From positions 245 to 64,244 of the forward strand of contig CAKZMQ010000025.1 in assembly GCA_937128795.1 (NCBI GenBank): 64,000 nucleotides of DNA, written 5' to 3'. The position numbers and the translations under genes were made by a program. Source of the DNA: an uncultured Solirubrobacterales bacterium (lineage in GTDB: Bacteria; Actinomycetota; Thermoleophilia; Solirubrobacterales; JACPNS01). Positions 55,054-63,976 of the stretch are shown here, one piece after another (the stretch's first letter is position 1; the number at the start of each line of letters is the position of its first letter). The notes under the pieces were generated by a model. The model saw only the letters and a list, made by a program, of their open reading frames with translations. It did not search any database and had not been told where the DNA came from.

Positions 55054-55113
55054 ATAGACAGGGTGTCTATCTATCGTGTATATTGGTTGGGTCGTCGTTG
55101 ACGATCCAACCAA
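55054..55113 (+). promoter_or_regulatory. Two palindromes upstream of the P450 gene: ATAGACA-ggg-TGTCTAT, and a nested 31-bp palindrome TTGGTTGG-g-TCGTC-gtt-GACGA-t-CCAACCAA
   Basis: Read directly from the sequence. TATATT lies between them. These are plausible TetR operator and/or 5' UTR hairpin elements. Confidence 0.45.
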
Positions 55114-55139
55114 TTGCCCGTACTGGAGGCTCCCGCCGT

Positions 55140-56381
55140 ATGACCGTCGCAACCGAACAAGACCTCGCCTCGATCGACATCAGCGATCACGATCTCTGGC
55201 GCGATGACCCGCCGTACGAGATCTTCGCCAAGCTTCGCGAGGAGCGCCCGGTGCACTGGAGTCCACTCTCCCAGTTTCCGCACGAGAAGGGCTTCTGGTC
55301 GATCGTCCGACACGCAGACCTCAAGGCGATCAGCATGGATTTCGAGACTTATTCGTCAGAGCGCGGCGGAGTGGTGCTCGTCGACGACATCGGCGTGCCG
55401 CTCGACATGATTCGCATGCAGCCGATCGCCCAGGACCCGCCACGCCACGACCGCATGAAGGCGCTCTTCCAACAGGCCTTCACGCCGCGCCGAATCGCCG
55501 CGCACACCGAAATCATCCGCGCGATCACCAACCACGCGATCGACGGCATCGCGCAGCAGGGCGAGTGCGACCTCGTCACCGACATCGGCAAGCACGTGAC
55601 AGCCCGCGTGATCGGCTCACTGCTCGGCACACCGCCGGAAGACGACGACCAGCTCGTCGAATGGTCGAACATGATTGTCGGATTCGAGGACGAGGACTAC
55701 CGACCCGAGTTCGACGCGATGATGGGCGAGTTGGCAAACGCGTTCGAATACGTAATGCCAATGGTCGAAGAGCGCCGCAAGAATCCGTCTGACGATCTGG
55801 TCAGCGCGCTCGCCCACGCCGAGGTCGACGGCGAGAAACTGACGGACGAGGAAATGGTGATGACGTTTGGCCTGCTGATGGCCGCCGGCAACGACAGCAC
55901 GCGTGCCGTCTACGGGTCGAGCATGCTTGCGTTGATCAAGAACCCCGAGCAGCGCCAACTGCTGATCGACGAACCGGACCGCATCGAGGATGCCGTGGAA
56001 GAGTGCGTGCGTTGCTTCCCCGCGTTCAGCTACATGCGACGTACCGCAACCCGCGATGTTGAATTGCACGGGCAGACGATCAAAGAGGGCGACAAGCTTG
56101 CTCTTTGGTACGTCTCGAGCAATCGCGACGCGACCGTTTTCGAAGACCCCGAGCGCTTCGACGTCTCGCGACCGCGTGTTCAACACCAGGCGTTCGGCGC
56201 AGGCGGAAGGCACTTCTGCCTGGGCGCCGCGCTCGCGCGGCTCGAATTGAAGATCATGCTCGAACAGACGCTCAAACGGTTGCCAGACATGGAGTTGGCC
56301 GGCACTCCTGTGCGCGCCACGTCATTGTTCCTGAACCAGCACAAGTCGATACCGGTCAAGTTCACGCCAGAATCCGCATAG
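55140..56381 (+). CDS. Cytochrome P450
   Basis: Contains FGAGGRHFCLGAALAR (heme Cys ligand motif), the EECVRC (ExxR) region and AGNDST (I-helix). Confidence 0.9.
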   Translation: MTVATEQDLASIDISDHDLWRDDPPYEIFAKLREERPVHWSPLSQFPHEKGFWSIVRHADLKAISMDFETYSSERGGVVLVDDIGVPLDMIRMQPIAQDPPRHDRMKALFQQAFTPRRIAAHTEIIRAITNHAIDGIAQQGECDLVTDIGKHVTARVIGSLLGTPPEDDDQLVEWSNMIVGFEDEDYRPEFDAMMGELANAFEYVMPMVEERRKNPSDDLVSALAHAEVDGEKLTDEEMVMTFGLLMAAGNDSTRAVYGSSMLALIKNPEQRQLLIDEPDRIEDAVEECVRCFPAFSYMRRTATRDVELHGQTIKEGDKLALWYVSSNRDATVFEDPERFDVSRPRVQHQAFGAGGRHFCLGAALARLELKIMLEQTLKRLPDMELAGTPVRATSLFLNQHKSIPVKFTPESA

Positions 56382-56394
56382 GGGCGCGGTCTGT

Positions 56395-57018
56395 ATGACG
56401 CCGCAGCAAGCGCCAGACACCAGGATTGACCGCCGCCAAACCCGTGACGCAACCGAGCAGCGCATCCTCGACGGTACGACGCGACTGCTGGACGGCGGCG
56501 CGTCGCTAGCCGGGCTGTCGATCAACCGGATCGCGGAGGAGTCCGGCGTGTCGCGGGCGACGTTCTACCTGCACTTCGGCGATAAGCGCGCGTTGATCGC
56601 GCGACTGGCAGAGACCGAACTTCGCGCGTTCGAGAGTGTCACCGACCCCTTCATCGACGATCCCAACGCCGGACGCGAGAAACTCGCAGACGTGATGCGC
56701 AAACTCGCCGGTGTCTGGCGCGATCACGCCGGAGTGCTGTCGAGTCTGATCGAACTCGCCGAATACGACGCGGATTCGCGGGAGCAATGGCAGACCATCG
56801 TTCAAGCGGTCGCGGCGAACCTTGCCCCGGCTATTCGCGCTCGTCGAACGGATCTCGACGAGGCGCAAGTCATCACCCTCTCGGAGGTAATCGCCTGGAC
56901 CGGCGAGCGCTCGATGCACCAGATGATCGGGCGGGAAGCATCCCAGCAGCAGATCGACCGCGTCGCCGAAGGCCTCACCGAGGCGATTTGGCGAATTGTC
57001 GCTCCGGCTGTGCGGTGA
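56395..57018 (+). CDS. TetR family transcriptional regulator
   Basis: Contains SINRIAEESGVSRATFYLHFGDKRALI. Confidence 0.85.
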   Translation: MTPQQAPDTRIDRRQTRDATEQRILDGTTRLLDGGASLAGLSINRIAEESGVSRATFYLHFGDKRALIARLAETELRAFESVTDPFIDDPNAGREKLADVMRKLAGVWRDHAGVLSSLIELAEYDADSREQWQTIVQAVAANLAPAIRARRTDLDEAQVITLSEVIAWTGERSMHQMIGREASQQQIDRVAEGLTEAIWRIVAPAVR

Positions 57019-57133
57019 ACAATCCGTCTGCCGCCGTTCGAATTGGTTCGGCGGCAGGGAGGTTCGATATGCGCAATCTGCAGCGTTGCATCAATCCCCT
57101 TTGAATTTGCGGACCCGATAGTCAAGGGCTTTA

Positions 57134-57185
57134 TTGCCGCGTGCCCTGTCCATGCTGCATGCCGCATGGACAGGGCATGCGGCAA
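57134..57185. repeat. 22-bp inverted repeat (one G-T mismatch position) with an 8-nt loop
   Basis: TTGCCGCGTGCCCTGTCCATGC-tgcatgcc-GCATGGACAGGGCATGCGGCAA, read directly from the sequence. It lies in a long non-coding gap. Confidence 0.9.
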
Positions 57186-57435
57186 AATCTCGCGTTTTTA
57201 TGGGACTTGTCCAGTCACGACAAAAACAGGCGCGCGGAACACGCACTGAGCGAAGGTTTGCGCATCGGGTCTCTGCAAGTTCGCTGCCACGGCATCGCCT
57301 GGCGAAGGACGACCACCATCGATCTGGAAATCTTCCGTCAGACACCGGACGCGCGGACATTCCGAGCAGCCCGCGCGACTCCCCCCGAGTGAGTGGTGCG
57401 ACAGGGATTTCCGAGCCCTCCGCACACGCAAGAGC

Positions 57436-57470
57436 ACGAAAGGCGCCCCCTGGGAGGGCGCCTTTCGTGT
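57436..57470 (-). terminator. 14-bp GC-rich hairpin about 20 nt downstream of tRNA-Glu
   Basis: CACGAAAGGCGCCC-cctggga-GGGCGCCTTTCGTG. Only a weak U-run follows it on the minus strand. Confidence 0.5.
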
Positions 57471-57491
57471 ATTCCGCAGCTTTCGAGGCAG

Positions 57492-57563
57492 TAGCCCGAC
57501 GGGGAGTCGAACCCCGGTTTTCGGCTTGAAAAGCCGACGTCCTAACCATTAGACGATCGGGCC
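57492..57563 (-). tRNA. tRNA-Glu (anticodon UUC)
   Basis: The reverse complement folds as GGCCCGA-TC-GTCTAATGGTTAGGAC-G-TCGGC-TTTTCAA-GCCGA...CGGGGTTCGACTCCCCG-TCGGGCT-A. The first acceptor pair is G1-U72. Confidence 0.85.
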
Positions 57564-57589
57564 GTGGGTGACCGGCAGATTACCAGCGG

Positions 57590-58033
57590 ATGCCAGATTT
57601 ACCCGATCGAGCACTATGCTCCCGCGAGATGGCCAGCGACGAAGCGATCACGATTGAGGCGGCCCCGAAGCGCCTGACGATGCTTCAGTTGATCACTGGG
57701 ATTGCCTTCATGACGACCGGCACCCTGCACTTCGTAGCCGAGAAGTTCTTCACCGCGATCGTGCCCAAGAGTTTGCCCAATCCGAAGCTGCTCGTCTACG
57801 TCTCCGGCGTGGCCGAATTCGCCGGCGGACTCGGAGTCTTGATCCCCGGCACGCGCCGATTGGCCGGAAAAGGTCTGCTTGCGCTGTTGATAGCCGTGTT
57901 CCCCGCGAACATCAACATGGCGGTCAACGCCGATCGCTTCAAGCAGTTCCCTGCATGGTCGCTGTGGGCACGCCTGCCGCTCCAGTTCCTGATGATCCGT
58001 CAGGTCTGGAAGGCCACGCAGTCCAAACACTAA
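57590..58033 (+). CDS. DoxX-like/COG4270-type small membrane protein
   Basis: Contains HFVAEKFFTAIVPKSLP...SGVAEFAGGLGVLIP...VFPANINMA. The start is uncertain and internal Met codons are possible. Confidence 0.65.
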   Translation: MPDLPDRALCSREMASDEAITIEAAPKRLTMLQLITGIAFMTTGTLHFVAEKFFTAIVPKSLPNPKLLVYVSGVAEFAGGLGVLIPGTRRLAGKGLLALLIAVFPANINMAVNADRFKQFPAWSLWARLPLQFLMIRQVWKATQSKH

Positions 58034-58065
58034 ATATTCCGTAATCGCTTGCCGATAGGTCGTTT

Positions 58066-58278
58066 ATGCAAAAACGACGGAGTTCCCACGCGCTCGCTCG
58101 TCAGGTGGCTGCGGTTTCGACGGCACGGTCACGGATGCGTCCTCGCACCGCGGCCGGTTCGATGCTCGCTGACGCCGAATACAAGCGCGCGACCACGGAC
58201 CCAGATTTGATTGAACACGCACTTCGCGCTCGCTCTTACCGCGAGTGGCTGCGTCTGGAGGGACACAGCAGCAGCTGA
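58066..58278 (+). CDS. Possible small ORF (70 aa), unsupported by homology
   Basis: It is the only ORF in the gap and is followed by a terminator hairpin. Its composition is weakly coding-like. Confidence 0.25.
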   Translation: MQKRRSSHALARQVAAVSTARSRMRPRTAAGSMLADAEYKRATTDPDLIEHALRARSYREWLRLEGHSSS

Positions 58279-58323
58279 GTGGACGATCAAACTTTCGCGC
58301 ACCGGCAGACGTGTAAGAAAGCG

Positions 58324-58369
58324 AAAAGCCCGGCAGCCGGTCCATTGTTGGACCGATCGCCGGGCTTTT
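58324..58369. terminator. Bidirectional intrinsic-terminator-like hairpin (AAAAGCCCGGC...GCCGGGCTTTT with an inner GGTCC/GGACC hairpin)
   Basis: T-runs follow it on both strands. It lies downstream of the fasciclin gene (minus strand) and the small ORF (plus strand). Confidence 0.65.
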
Positions 58370-58413
58370 TGTTGCTCCGAGCCGCCTGTGGGTGCCACAG
58401 ACGCAGTGCTGGA

Positions 58414-59001
58414 CTACGACTTCGGCTGCAGCACTCCATCCACGATGTGCACGACGCCATTGGAGGTCTTCACATCGGCTGTGGCGACGGTGACCGAGTT
58501 ACCGTTTGCGTCGGTGATCGTGACCATTCCGTCTTCGACGGCCGGCGTTAGCTCTTCGCCTTGGACGGTGGTGATCGTCTCGCCGTCCTCGGCCAGTTGC
58601 GTGATCGCGGCCGCATCCAGCTCTTCAGGCACGACGTGGTAGGTCAGGACAGCTGCGAGCTGGTCCTTGTTCGCCGGGTCCTGCAACGCCTCGAGTGTGT
58701 CGGCATCGAGCGCCGCGAAGGCGTCGTTGGTCGGCGCGAAGACCGTGAACGGTCCCTCACCCTGAAGCGTCTCGACGAGGTCGGCTGCGGTGACCAGCTC
58801 GACGAGTGTCGAGAGGTCCTCGGTGTCGGACGCTGTCGCGACGATGTCGCCGGTGGCCGTCGACTCGGTTTCGGTGGCAGTATCGCCGGTGGCTGCAGGT
58901 TCGTCGTCATCTCCGCAACCGGTGACCGCGAAAGCGGCCAGTCCGAGTACGAGAGCCATGACCACGCTGAGCAGGGGTGTACGGACTCCTGAAAGTCGCA
59001 T
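58414..59001 (-). CDS. Fasciclin (FAS1) domain lipoprotein
   Basis: Lipobox LAAFAVTGCG, GPFTVFAPTNDAFAAL and VHIVDGVL. AAGGAG lies upstream of the ATG at 59001. The upstream part of the track ORF was rejected. Confidence 0.85.
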   Translation of the reverse strand: MRLSGVRTPLLSVVMALVLGLAAFAVTGCGDDDEPAATGDTATETESTATGDIVATASDTEDLSTLVELVTAADLVETLQGEGPFTVFAPTNDAFAALDADTLEALQDPANKDQLAAVLTYHVVPEELDAAAITQLAEDGETITTVQGEELTPAVEDGMVTITDANGNSVTVATADVKTSNGVVHIVDGVLQPKS

Positions 59002-59168
59002 TTCGTTCTCCTTGGTCTGTGCCGGTCCATCGCGGGGTTTCCGCAAACGGCGGCAGGCATTTGGATCGTGTCTGTAGTTGCGCGAGCGGTCGTTGTGAAT
59101 TACTCGCTTGTGGTCAGTTACGAACCGTTCCAGAGATCGGATGGGAAATATTCGATCGGCATCAGCGG

Positions 59169-59900
59169 TCACTGACTCTTGTCCGAGTGCATCGCGCCGT
59201 CTCGCAGGTAGAAAGTGCGCGTCGAGTCGTCGGCGATCGACCTGTCGTGCGTGATCAGCACGACGGTCAAACCGTCGCTCCACAACTCCTTGATCACCCG
59301 GAGTATTTCTCGTCCGGTCTCAGTATCGAGATTTCCGGTTGGCTCGTCGGCGAGCAGGATCTGAGGTTCGTTTGCCAGCGCGCGGGCAATCGCGACACGC
59401 TGCTGTTCGCCGCCGGAAAGCTGCGACGGAAAGTGATCGGCTCGTTCGCTCAAACCTACCTGAGCGAGTAGTTCACGAGCGCGGTCTCGCGCGTCGGACG
59501 TCGAACGATCAGACGGGAACATCGCTATCTCGATGTTCTGCTGTGCGGTCAGCGTCGGAATCAGATTGAACTGTTGAAAGATGAATCCGATTCGCTCGAG
59601 TCGCAACTCCGCCAGTTCGTCTTCGTCGAGATTTGTGACCGATTCGCCGCCGCAGTAGATCTTGCCGCCCGTTGGAGTGTCGAGCAGCCCCATCAACTGC
59701 AGCAGCGTGCTTTTTCCCGAACCCGACGGGCCTTCGATCACGACGTATTCGCCATTATCCACCTGAAGGTCGACGCCCCTCAGGGCCTCCACGGCGACAC
59801 CGTCACGTTCGTAGCTGCGCTTGACGTCCAACAGCGTGTACGCCGATTCGCGATTCGACTGCGGGGCAGTCCGAGTTGTTTCGAGAGTTTCAGTCGACAT
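59169..59900 (-). CDS. ABC transporter ATP-binding protein (MacB/LolD-like)
   Basis: Contains GPSGSGKST, LSGGEQQRVAIARAL and LLADEPTG. Confidence 0.9.
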   Translation of the reverse strand: MSTETLETTRTAPQSNRESAYTLLDVKRSYERDGVAVEALRGVDLQVDNGEYVVIEGPSGSGKSTLLQLMGLLDTPTGGKIYCGGESVTNLDEDELAELRLERIGFIFQQFNLIPTLTAQQNIEIAMFPSDRSTSDARDRARELLAQVGLSERADHFPSQLSGGEQQRVAIARALANEPQILLADEPTGNLDTETGREILRVIKELWSDGLTVVLITHDRSIADDSTRTFYLRDGAMHSDKSQ

Positions 59901-61404
59901 GCTTCAGTGCCTCCACAGGACTTAGACGGGATGTTTTTAGTGAGCCGAGGCCGCCAGCGACCAAGGCCGTAGTTGCGCCGATCGCGGCTGCGATCAGAAT
60001 CGTGTTGACGCTCAGCGCGGGGATGATCGAGATCGTCTCGCTGGCGGCCTCTGCCGCCTGGCGCGCAAATCCGGGAGGGCCGCCGCCAGTACCGCCCGGA
60101 CCGCCAGCACCCCCTGGACCACCAGCACCCCCTGGACCACCTGGACCGCCACCAAAACCACCCCCAGGCCTTGCGGCCTGCGCCGTTTGGCCGGTCACGC
60201 TCATGGTCAACGGAACCAACTTCGCTCCTGCCATCGCGATCAAGCCGAGCAGAACGCCCGCCGCTGCACCGATCATTCCAGTGGAAACCGACTCCGCCAT
60301 CACCTGCCGGATGAGTCGCTTGTTGCCCCAGCCGATTGACTTCAGCGTGCCGAACTCGCGAGTTCGCTTGTTCACCGCGTTCAGGGTGAGGATGCCCGTG
60401 ATGACGATTGCCGCAAGCAACAGGATCAGCTGGAGAAATACGCCCATTTTGCTCACGAGGTTGTTCGCGTCCACTAACGAACCGCTGACCTGACCAGCCA
60501 GGCTGGCATTCGTTGTGACCGTGGCGTTGTCGATCGTGCCCTCGATCTCCGAGCTGACGACGTCGACGGCCTCCTGCGAGGTGGCGCGCACGTAAACGGT
60601 GTTGACCTTGTTCTTGAGGTCGGCGAGTTCCTGCAGTTGTCCCAACTGGATGTAGATGTCGGAGCTGTTACCGGCCAAAGGGTTCGAAACGATTCCGACG
60701 ACCTCGAACTTCTCGTTCTTGAGCGTCAGCGAGTCGCCGACCTCCAGGTCGTTGGTCTCGGAGAAGCCGCTCGTGACGACTGCCTGCTGCTCGTCGGTTG
60801 CGGTGAGCAACTCGCCCTCCTGGAGTTGGTCATCAGAGATCGGTCCGAGCTGATTGCCGGCCGCGATCCCGGTGATCGTTCGCGACTCAACGTCGATCGA
60901 GTCCGGACCGCCGCCTCCGCCGCCCGGTGCGCCACCGCCGCCCGGGCCAGAGCCGCCGTCGGCGATCTCGGGCACCGTCCCGGACACCTTCAGATTCACC
61001 ACGGTCAGCGCGCTCGCCGTAGAGTCGACGTCGGCAAGAGCGTCGATCTCGCTGACGCTGCTTGAGTTGAACGTCGCGTTGGCACCGGTCGTGAAGTTGT
61101 CCTCAGAGAACGATTCGCCGGCTTCGCGGTCAGCCAATCCGAAGCGCGGCGGACCGCCTCTGTTCTGAGCCCCGGCGTCGGCGGTCTTCGTGACCGTCAT
61201 GTCAGTACCGAGCCCAACCAGCGGTTCGAGTACTTCGTCCTGGGCGTTTGAGAGCCCGGTGGAATAGGCGCCAACGACGATTGTCAGCGCGATCGGAACG
61301 GCGAGGCCGATCGCGATCAGAATCGTTTTTGTCCGACGACGGAACAGCTCCGCCTTCAGGTATGGGAGATTGATCATGCCGTCAGCTAAGCGGCGGTAGC
61401 TCAA
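59890..61404 (-). CDS. ABC transporter permease, FtsX-like, with Gly/Pro-rich low-complexity insertions
   Basis: MacB-type topology with a C-terminal FtsX bundle (KRTREFGTLKSIGW...). The insertions are GGSGPGGGGAPGGGGGGPDS and RPGGGFGGGPGGPGGAGGPGGAGGPGGTGGGPPG. Confidence 0.8.
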   Translation of the reverse strand: MSYRRLADGMINLPYLKAELFRRRTKTILIAIGLAVPIALTIVVGAYSTGLSNAQDEVLEPLVGLGTDMTVTKTADAGAQNRGGPPRFGLADREAGESFSEDNFTTGANATFNSSSVSEIDALADVDSTASALTVVNLKVSGTVPEIADGGSGPGGGGAPGGGGGGPDSIDVESRTITGIAAGNQLGPISDDQLQEGELLTATDEQQAVVTSGFSETNDLEVGDSLTLKNEKFEVVGIVSNPLAGNSSDIYIQLGQLQELADLKNKVNTVYVRATSQEAVDVVSSEIEGTIDNATVTTNASLAGQVSGSLVDANNLVSKMGVFLQLILLLAAIVITGILTLNAVNKRTREFGTLKSIGWGNKRLIRQVMAESVSTGMIGAAAGVLLGLIAMAGAKLVPLTMSVTGQTAQAARPGGGFGGGPGGPGGAGGPGGAGGPGGTGGGPPGFARQAAEAASETISIIPALSVNTILIAAAIGATTALVAGGLGSLKTSRLSPVEALKHVD

Positions 61405-61489
61405 TGGCGGCTTGGTATTTCCTGAGAGTTCGCTGAGTCCCGCGACAATCGTTCGATCGACAGGCGCAGCAAAGCAGCGGCAATCAACA

Positions 61490-61561
61490 TGGGTCCTCAG
61501 GGACTCGAACCCTGTCCGTCGGGTTAAAAGCCCGATGCTCTACCAGTTGAGCTAAGGACCC
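61490..61561 (-). tRNA. tRNA-Lys (anticodon UUU)
   Basis: The reverse complement folds as GGGTCCT-TA-GCTCAACTGGTAGAGC-A-TCGGG-CTTTTAA-CCCGA...CAGGGTTCGAGTCCCTG-AGGACCC-A. Confidence 0.9.
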
Positions 61562-61626
61562 GGTGGAATCCTAGATCAGGACGGCTCGCCTTCTGTTACT
61601 GGCGTCACGCAGGTAGTCTCCCGACC

Positions 61627-62055
61627 ATGACAACAGCGAACGCAGAACAGATCTCGATCGACGCAAGTCCCGAAACGGTTTGGCACGTGATCACCGACTT
61701 TCAGTCGTTTCCCGAGTGGAACCCGATGACGCCGTCGATGAAGGGCGAGCTGTCGCAGGGAGCAAAACTGAAGGGCATGCTCGGGCTCGGTCCGCTCAAG
61801 GTGCCGTTCTTTCCAAAGTTGCTGACGGTCGAACCGACCGCTGAGCTTCGCTGGAAAGGCGGCGTGCCGGGTGCGTTCGTTGCGGACCACCGCTTCATCG
61901 TCGAGCCCAACCCTGATGGCGGGTCGATCCTGCGCCACCACGAGGAGTTTTTCGGTGTCTTCGCGCTGAAGGGCCCAACTGTGAAGACGGCCAATCGCGT
62001 ACACGCCCAGTTCAACCGGGCGTGCAAACTGCGAGCGGAGGAGAACTCGGCTTAG
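61627..62055 (+). CDS. SRPBCC (polyketide cyclase/dehydrase-like) family protein
   Basis: IDASPETVWHVITDFQSFPEWNP is typical of the SRPBCC N-terminus. Confidence 0.75.
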   Translation: MTTANAEQISIDASPETVWHVITDFQSFPEWNPMTPSMKGELSQGAKLKGMLGLGPLKVPFFPKLLTVEPTAELRWKGGVPGAFVADHRFIVEPNPDGGSILRHHEEFFGVFALKGPTVKTANRVHAQFNRACKLRAEENSA

Positions 62056-62071
62056 TTTCTCGAACCGGCGG

Positions 62072-63976
62072 CTACGTCGTACTTGGCGTTGCGGTCGGCT
62101 TCGGCACCGCGCGCCGCGATCGCTCGCCGTCGGTCCCGGCCGGTCCGTCGTCCATCTGATCGTCGGTCAAAGGCTGGCTGATTCTCCAAATACCCCAGCC
62201 GAGCGCGCCAAGCAACAACAGCGCGATCAACAACATTCCGAAATAGCCGGCATATGCGGTGGCGCTCCCATCAACTGTGCTTTCGCGCTGAAGGATCTCG
62301 CGGTCAGCCAAGAGTTGCCGTTCCATCTGCGGTAGAGCTGGGACTTCCGCCGCAGGGATCGCGTCGTCGCGCGGCTCAAAGATCGGTACGCCCATCAGTG
62401 TGTCGCCCTTGTGGAAACGAATCATCGACTTCCATTTGCCGAAGGCCGGCATCGGTTCGGCCGTGCGGTAAGTGCCGGGGCCGATTTTCTCCAGGTCCTC
62501 AACCTCGAAGCCGGGCCCCTGCCAGGCGATCGATTTCGCCCACTTGTTGTCGGTGTCGAAGTACGTCGTGTTCAGCGTCGCGGTGGCCAGGACCCACTTG
62601 CCCGGCTTGCCGGTGTCGACCTGCTCGGTGGTGATCGAAGCGACCACGTTCGGCGGCTCAGTTTGGCGCAGGCCGTAGGCGGTCATCAGCACGATCAATA
62701 GAACGCCTGTGATCGGTGCCCAACGGGCGATGCCCTTGATCGGCGGTCGAAGGCCGAGCGAATTTGCCATCCACGCGCCGATGAACGCGCCGGAGATCGC
62801 GGCGACGAAGCCGACGATCGCACCCTCTGGCAACAGACTCGCGGGCCAGGAGTAAGGCATCCAGATGAAGGACCAGGCCCATTCGGCCGCCAGACCAAAC
62901 GTACCCACGGCCGCGCCGGCGGCAAGCGCGAACTGCATCGGCTTGCTGCGAACGCTGCCCGCCATCAACAGACCGACCAACTCAACGGCGATCGCCGGGC
63001 CGATGTAGAGGGGAAAGTGCGCGACCGGGCGGTCAAGTCCGCCGGCAACGATCAGCGTCAGCGCGCTGCGGATGATGACGAAGAAGATCGCCGCCATCAG
63101 CGCGCCGCCTCTGCCAAGCCAAATCCGTGCGTAGGTGAGTGCGAGTCCAGCGGCGACCATGATCATCAGCGGGTGGAAGACCAACTGGAACTGGGCGATG
63201 CCGAAATCGAACTCGCCCTGGAAGATCGACAATGCGGCGAGCAGTCCGCCCGCAGCGGCGGCCTTGCGCAACTTGGTGATGACGCGTTGCGGAGTCTGCT
63301 CGGGTTTATTGCCGCGTTCCTGGTTGCGCGCCCAGCCGCCCTCGGTAAGCAGCACGCTGGCGCCTACGACCGTCAGCCCCGCACCGGCGAGCATCAGCAG
63401 GTGGGTCGGCCCCCAAAGCGTCACGTCCTGCCCGAACATGCGGTGCCAGAGGTCGTCGAGTGGAAAGCCGACCAGTCCGAACGCCGCAGAGAGCGCGATC
63501 AGTATGCCGCCGACCGGTGCGTACCAGTTGTCAGAAAGCTTGACCGACCACGGGCTCGGCCTTGTTCCCGGCTTCGGCATCGAGATCGCCAATACACCGG
63601 CGCTGAACACTCCGAGCAGTCCGACGAGGATGAAGTAGTGCGAGGGGTTTGCGAGCGGGCCTTCGTCGCGTCCGTTGCTCAGGTGTAGCGAAATGTCCCA
63701 GTAGAGCCCGAACACGGCGGCGAGCAGCGAAACGGTCAGCACCGTCAACGGCAGTGCGGCCCAAGCCGGGAGGTTCGCCTGCCTGCCGGCGAACTCGCCG
63801 AGCGACTGCAGCCATGTGATTTTGCCTGCGCGGTGCATCAGCGCGAGCACGACGACGCCGCTGAACACGACGCCGCCCATCAGGGTGGCGATCAAAACTT
63901 CCTGGGCGGCGGCTCCGCCTGCGGGCGGTTCTGCGGCGGCCAGCAGCGAACTGAAATGGGGGAGGAGGGATGTCAT
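62072..63976 (-). CDS. Large polytopic membrane protein, unknown function
   Basis: 634 aa with more than 10 hydrophobic helices, followed by a soluble domain and a final TM helix. No family recognised. Confidence 0.6.
   Translation of the reverse strand: MTSLLPHFSSLLAAAEPPAGGAAAQEVLIATLMGGVVFSGVVVLALMHRAGKITWLQSLGEFAGRQANLPAWAALPLTVLTVSLLAAVFGLYWDISLHLSNGRDEGPLANPSHYFILVGLLGVFSAGVLAISMPKPGTRPSPWSVKLSDNWYAPVGGILIALSAAFGLVGFPLDDLWHRMFGQDVTLWGPTHLLMLAGAGLTVVGASVLLTEGGWARNQERGNKPEQTPQRVITKLRKAAAAGGLLAALSIFQGEFDFGIAQFQLVFHPLMIMVAAGLALTYARIWLGRGGALMAAIFFVIIRSALTLIVAGGLDRPVAHFPLYIGPAIAVELVGLLMAGSVRSKPMQFALAAGAAVGTFGLAAEWAWSFIWMPYSWPASLLPEGAIVGFVAAISGAFIGAWMANSLGLRPPIKGIARWAPITGVLLIVLMTAYGLRQTEPPNVVASITTEQVDTGKPGKWVLATATLNTTYFDTDNKWAKSIAWQGPGFEVEDLEKIGPGTYRTAEPMPAFGKWKSMIRFHKGDTLMGVPIFEPRDDAIPAAEVPALPQMERQLLADREILQRESTVDGSATAYAGYFGMLLIALLLLGALGWGIWRISQPLTDDQMDDGPAGTDGERSRRAVPKPTATPSTT

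Noticed and set aside
57091-57549. 152-aa minus-strand ORF, and ORF 44348-44668.
   Set aside because: They read straight through tRNA-Glu and tRNA-Asp respectively and have no coding features.
57492-57563. G1-U72 wobble at the top of the tRNA-Glu acceptor stem as a sign of a pseudo-tRNA.
   Set aside because: All other stems, the D and T loops and the anticodon loop are canonical. A single G-U pair is tolerated, so the gene was kept as functional.
59876-60493. Plus-strand ORF encoding PPGPPAPPGPP collagen-like repeats.
   Set aside because: It is the antisense reading of the Gly-rich insertion in the FtsX permease. The permease frame is supported by conserved FtsX motifs on both sides.
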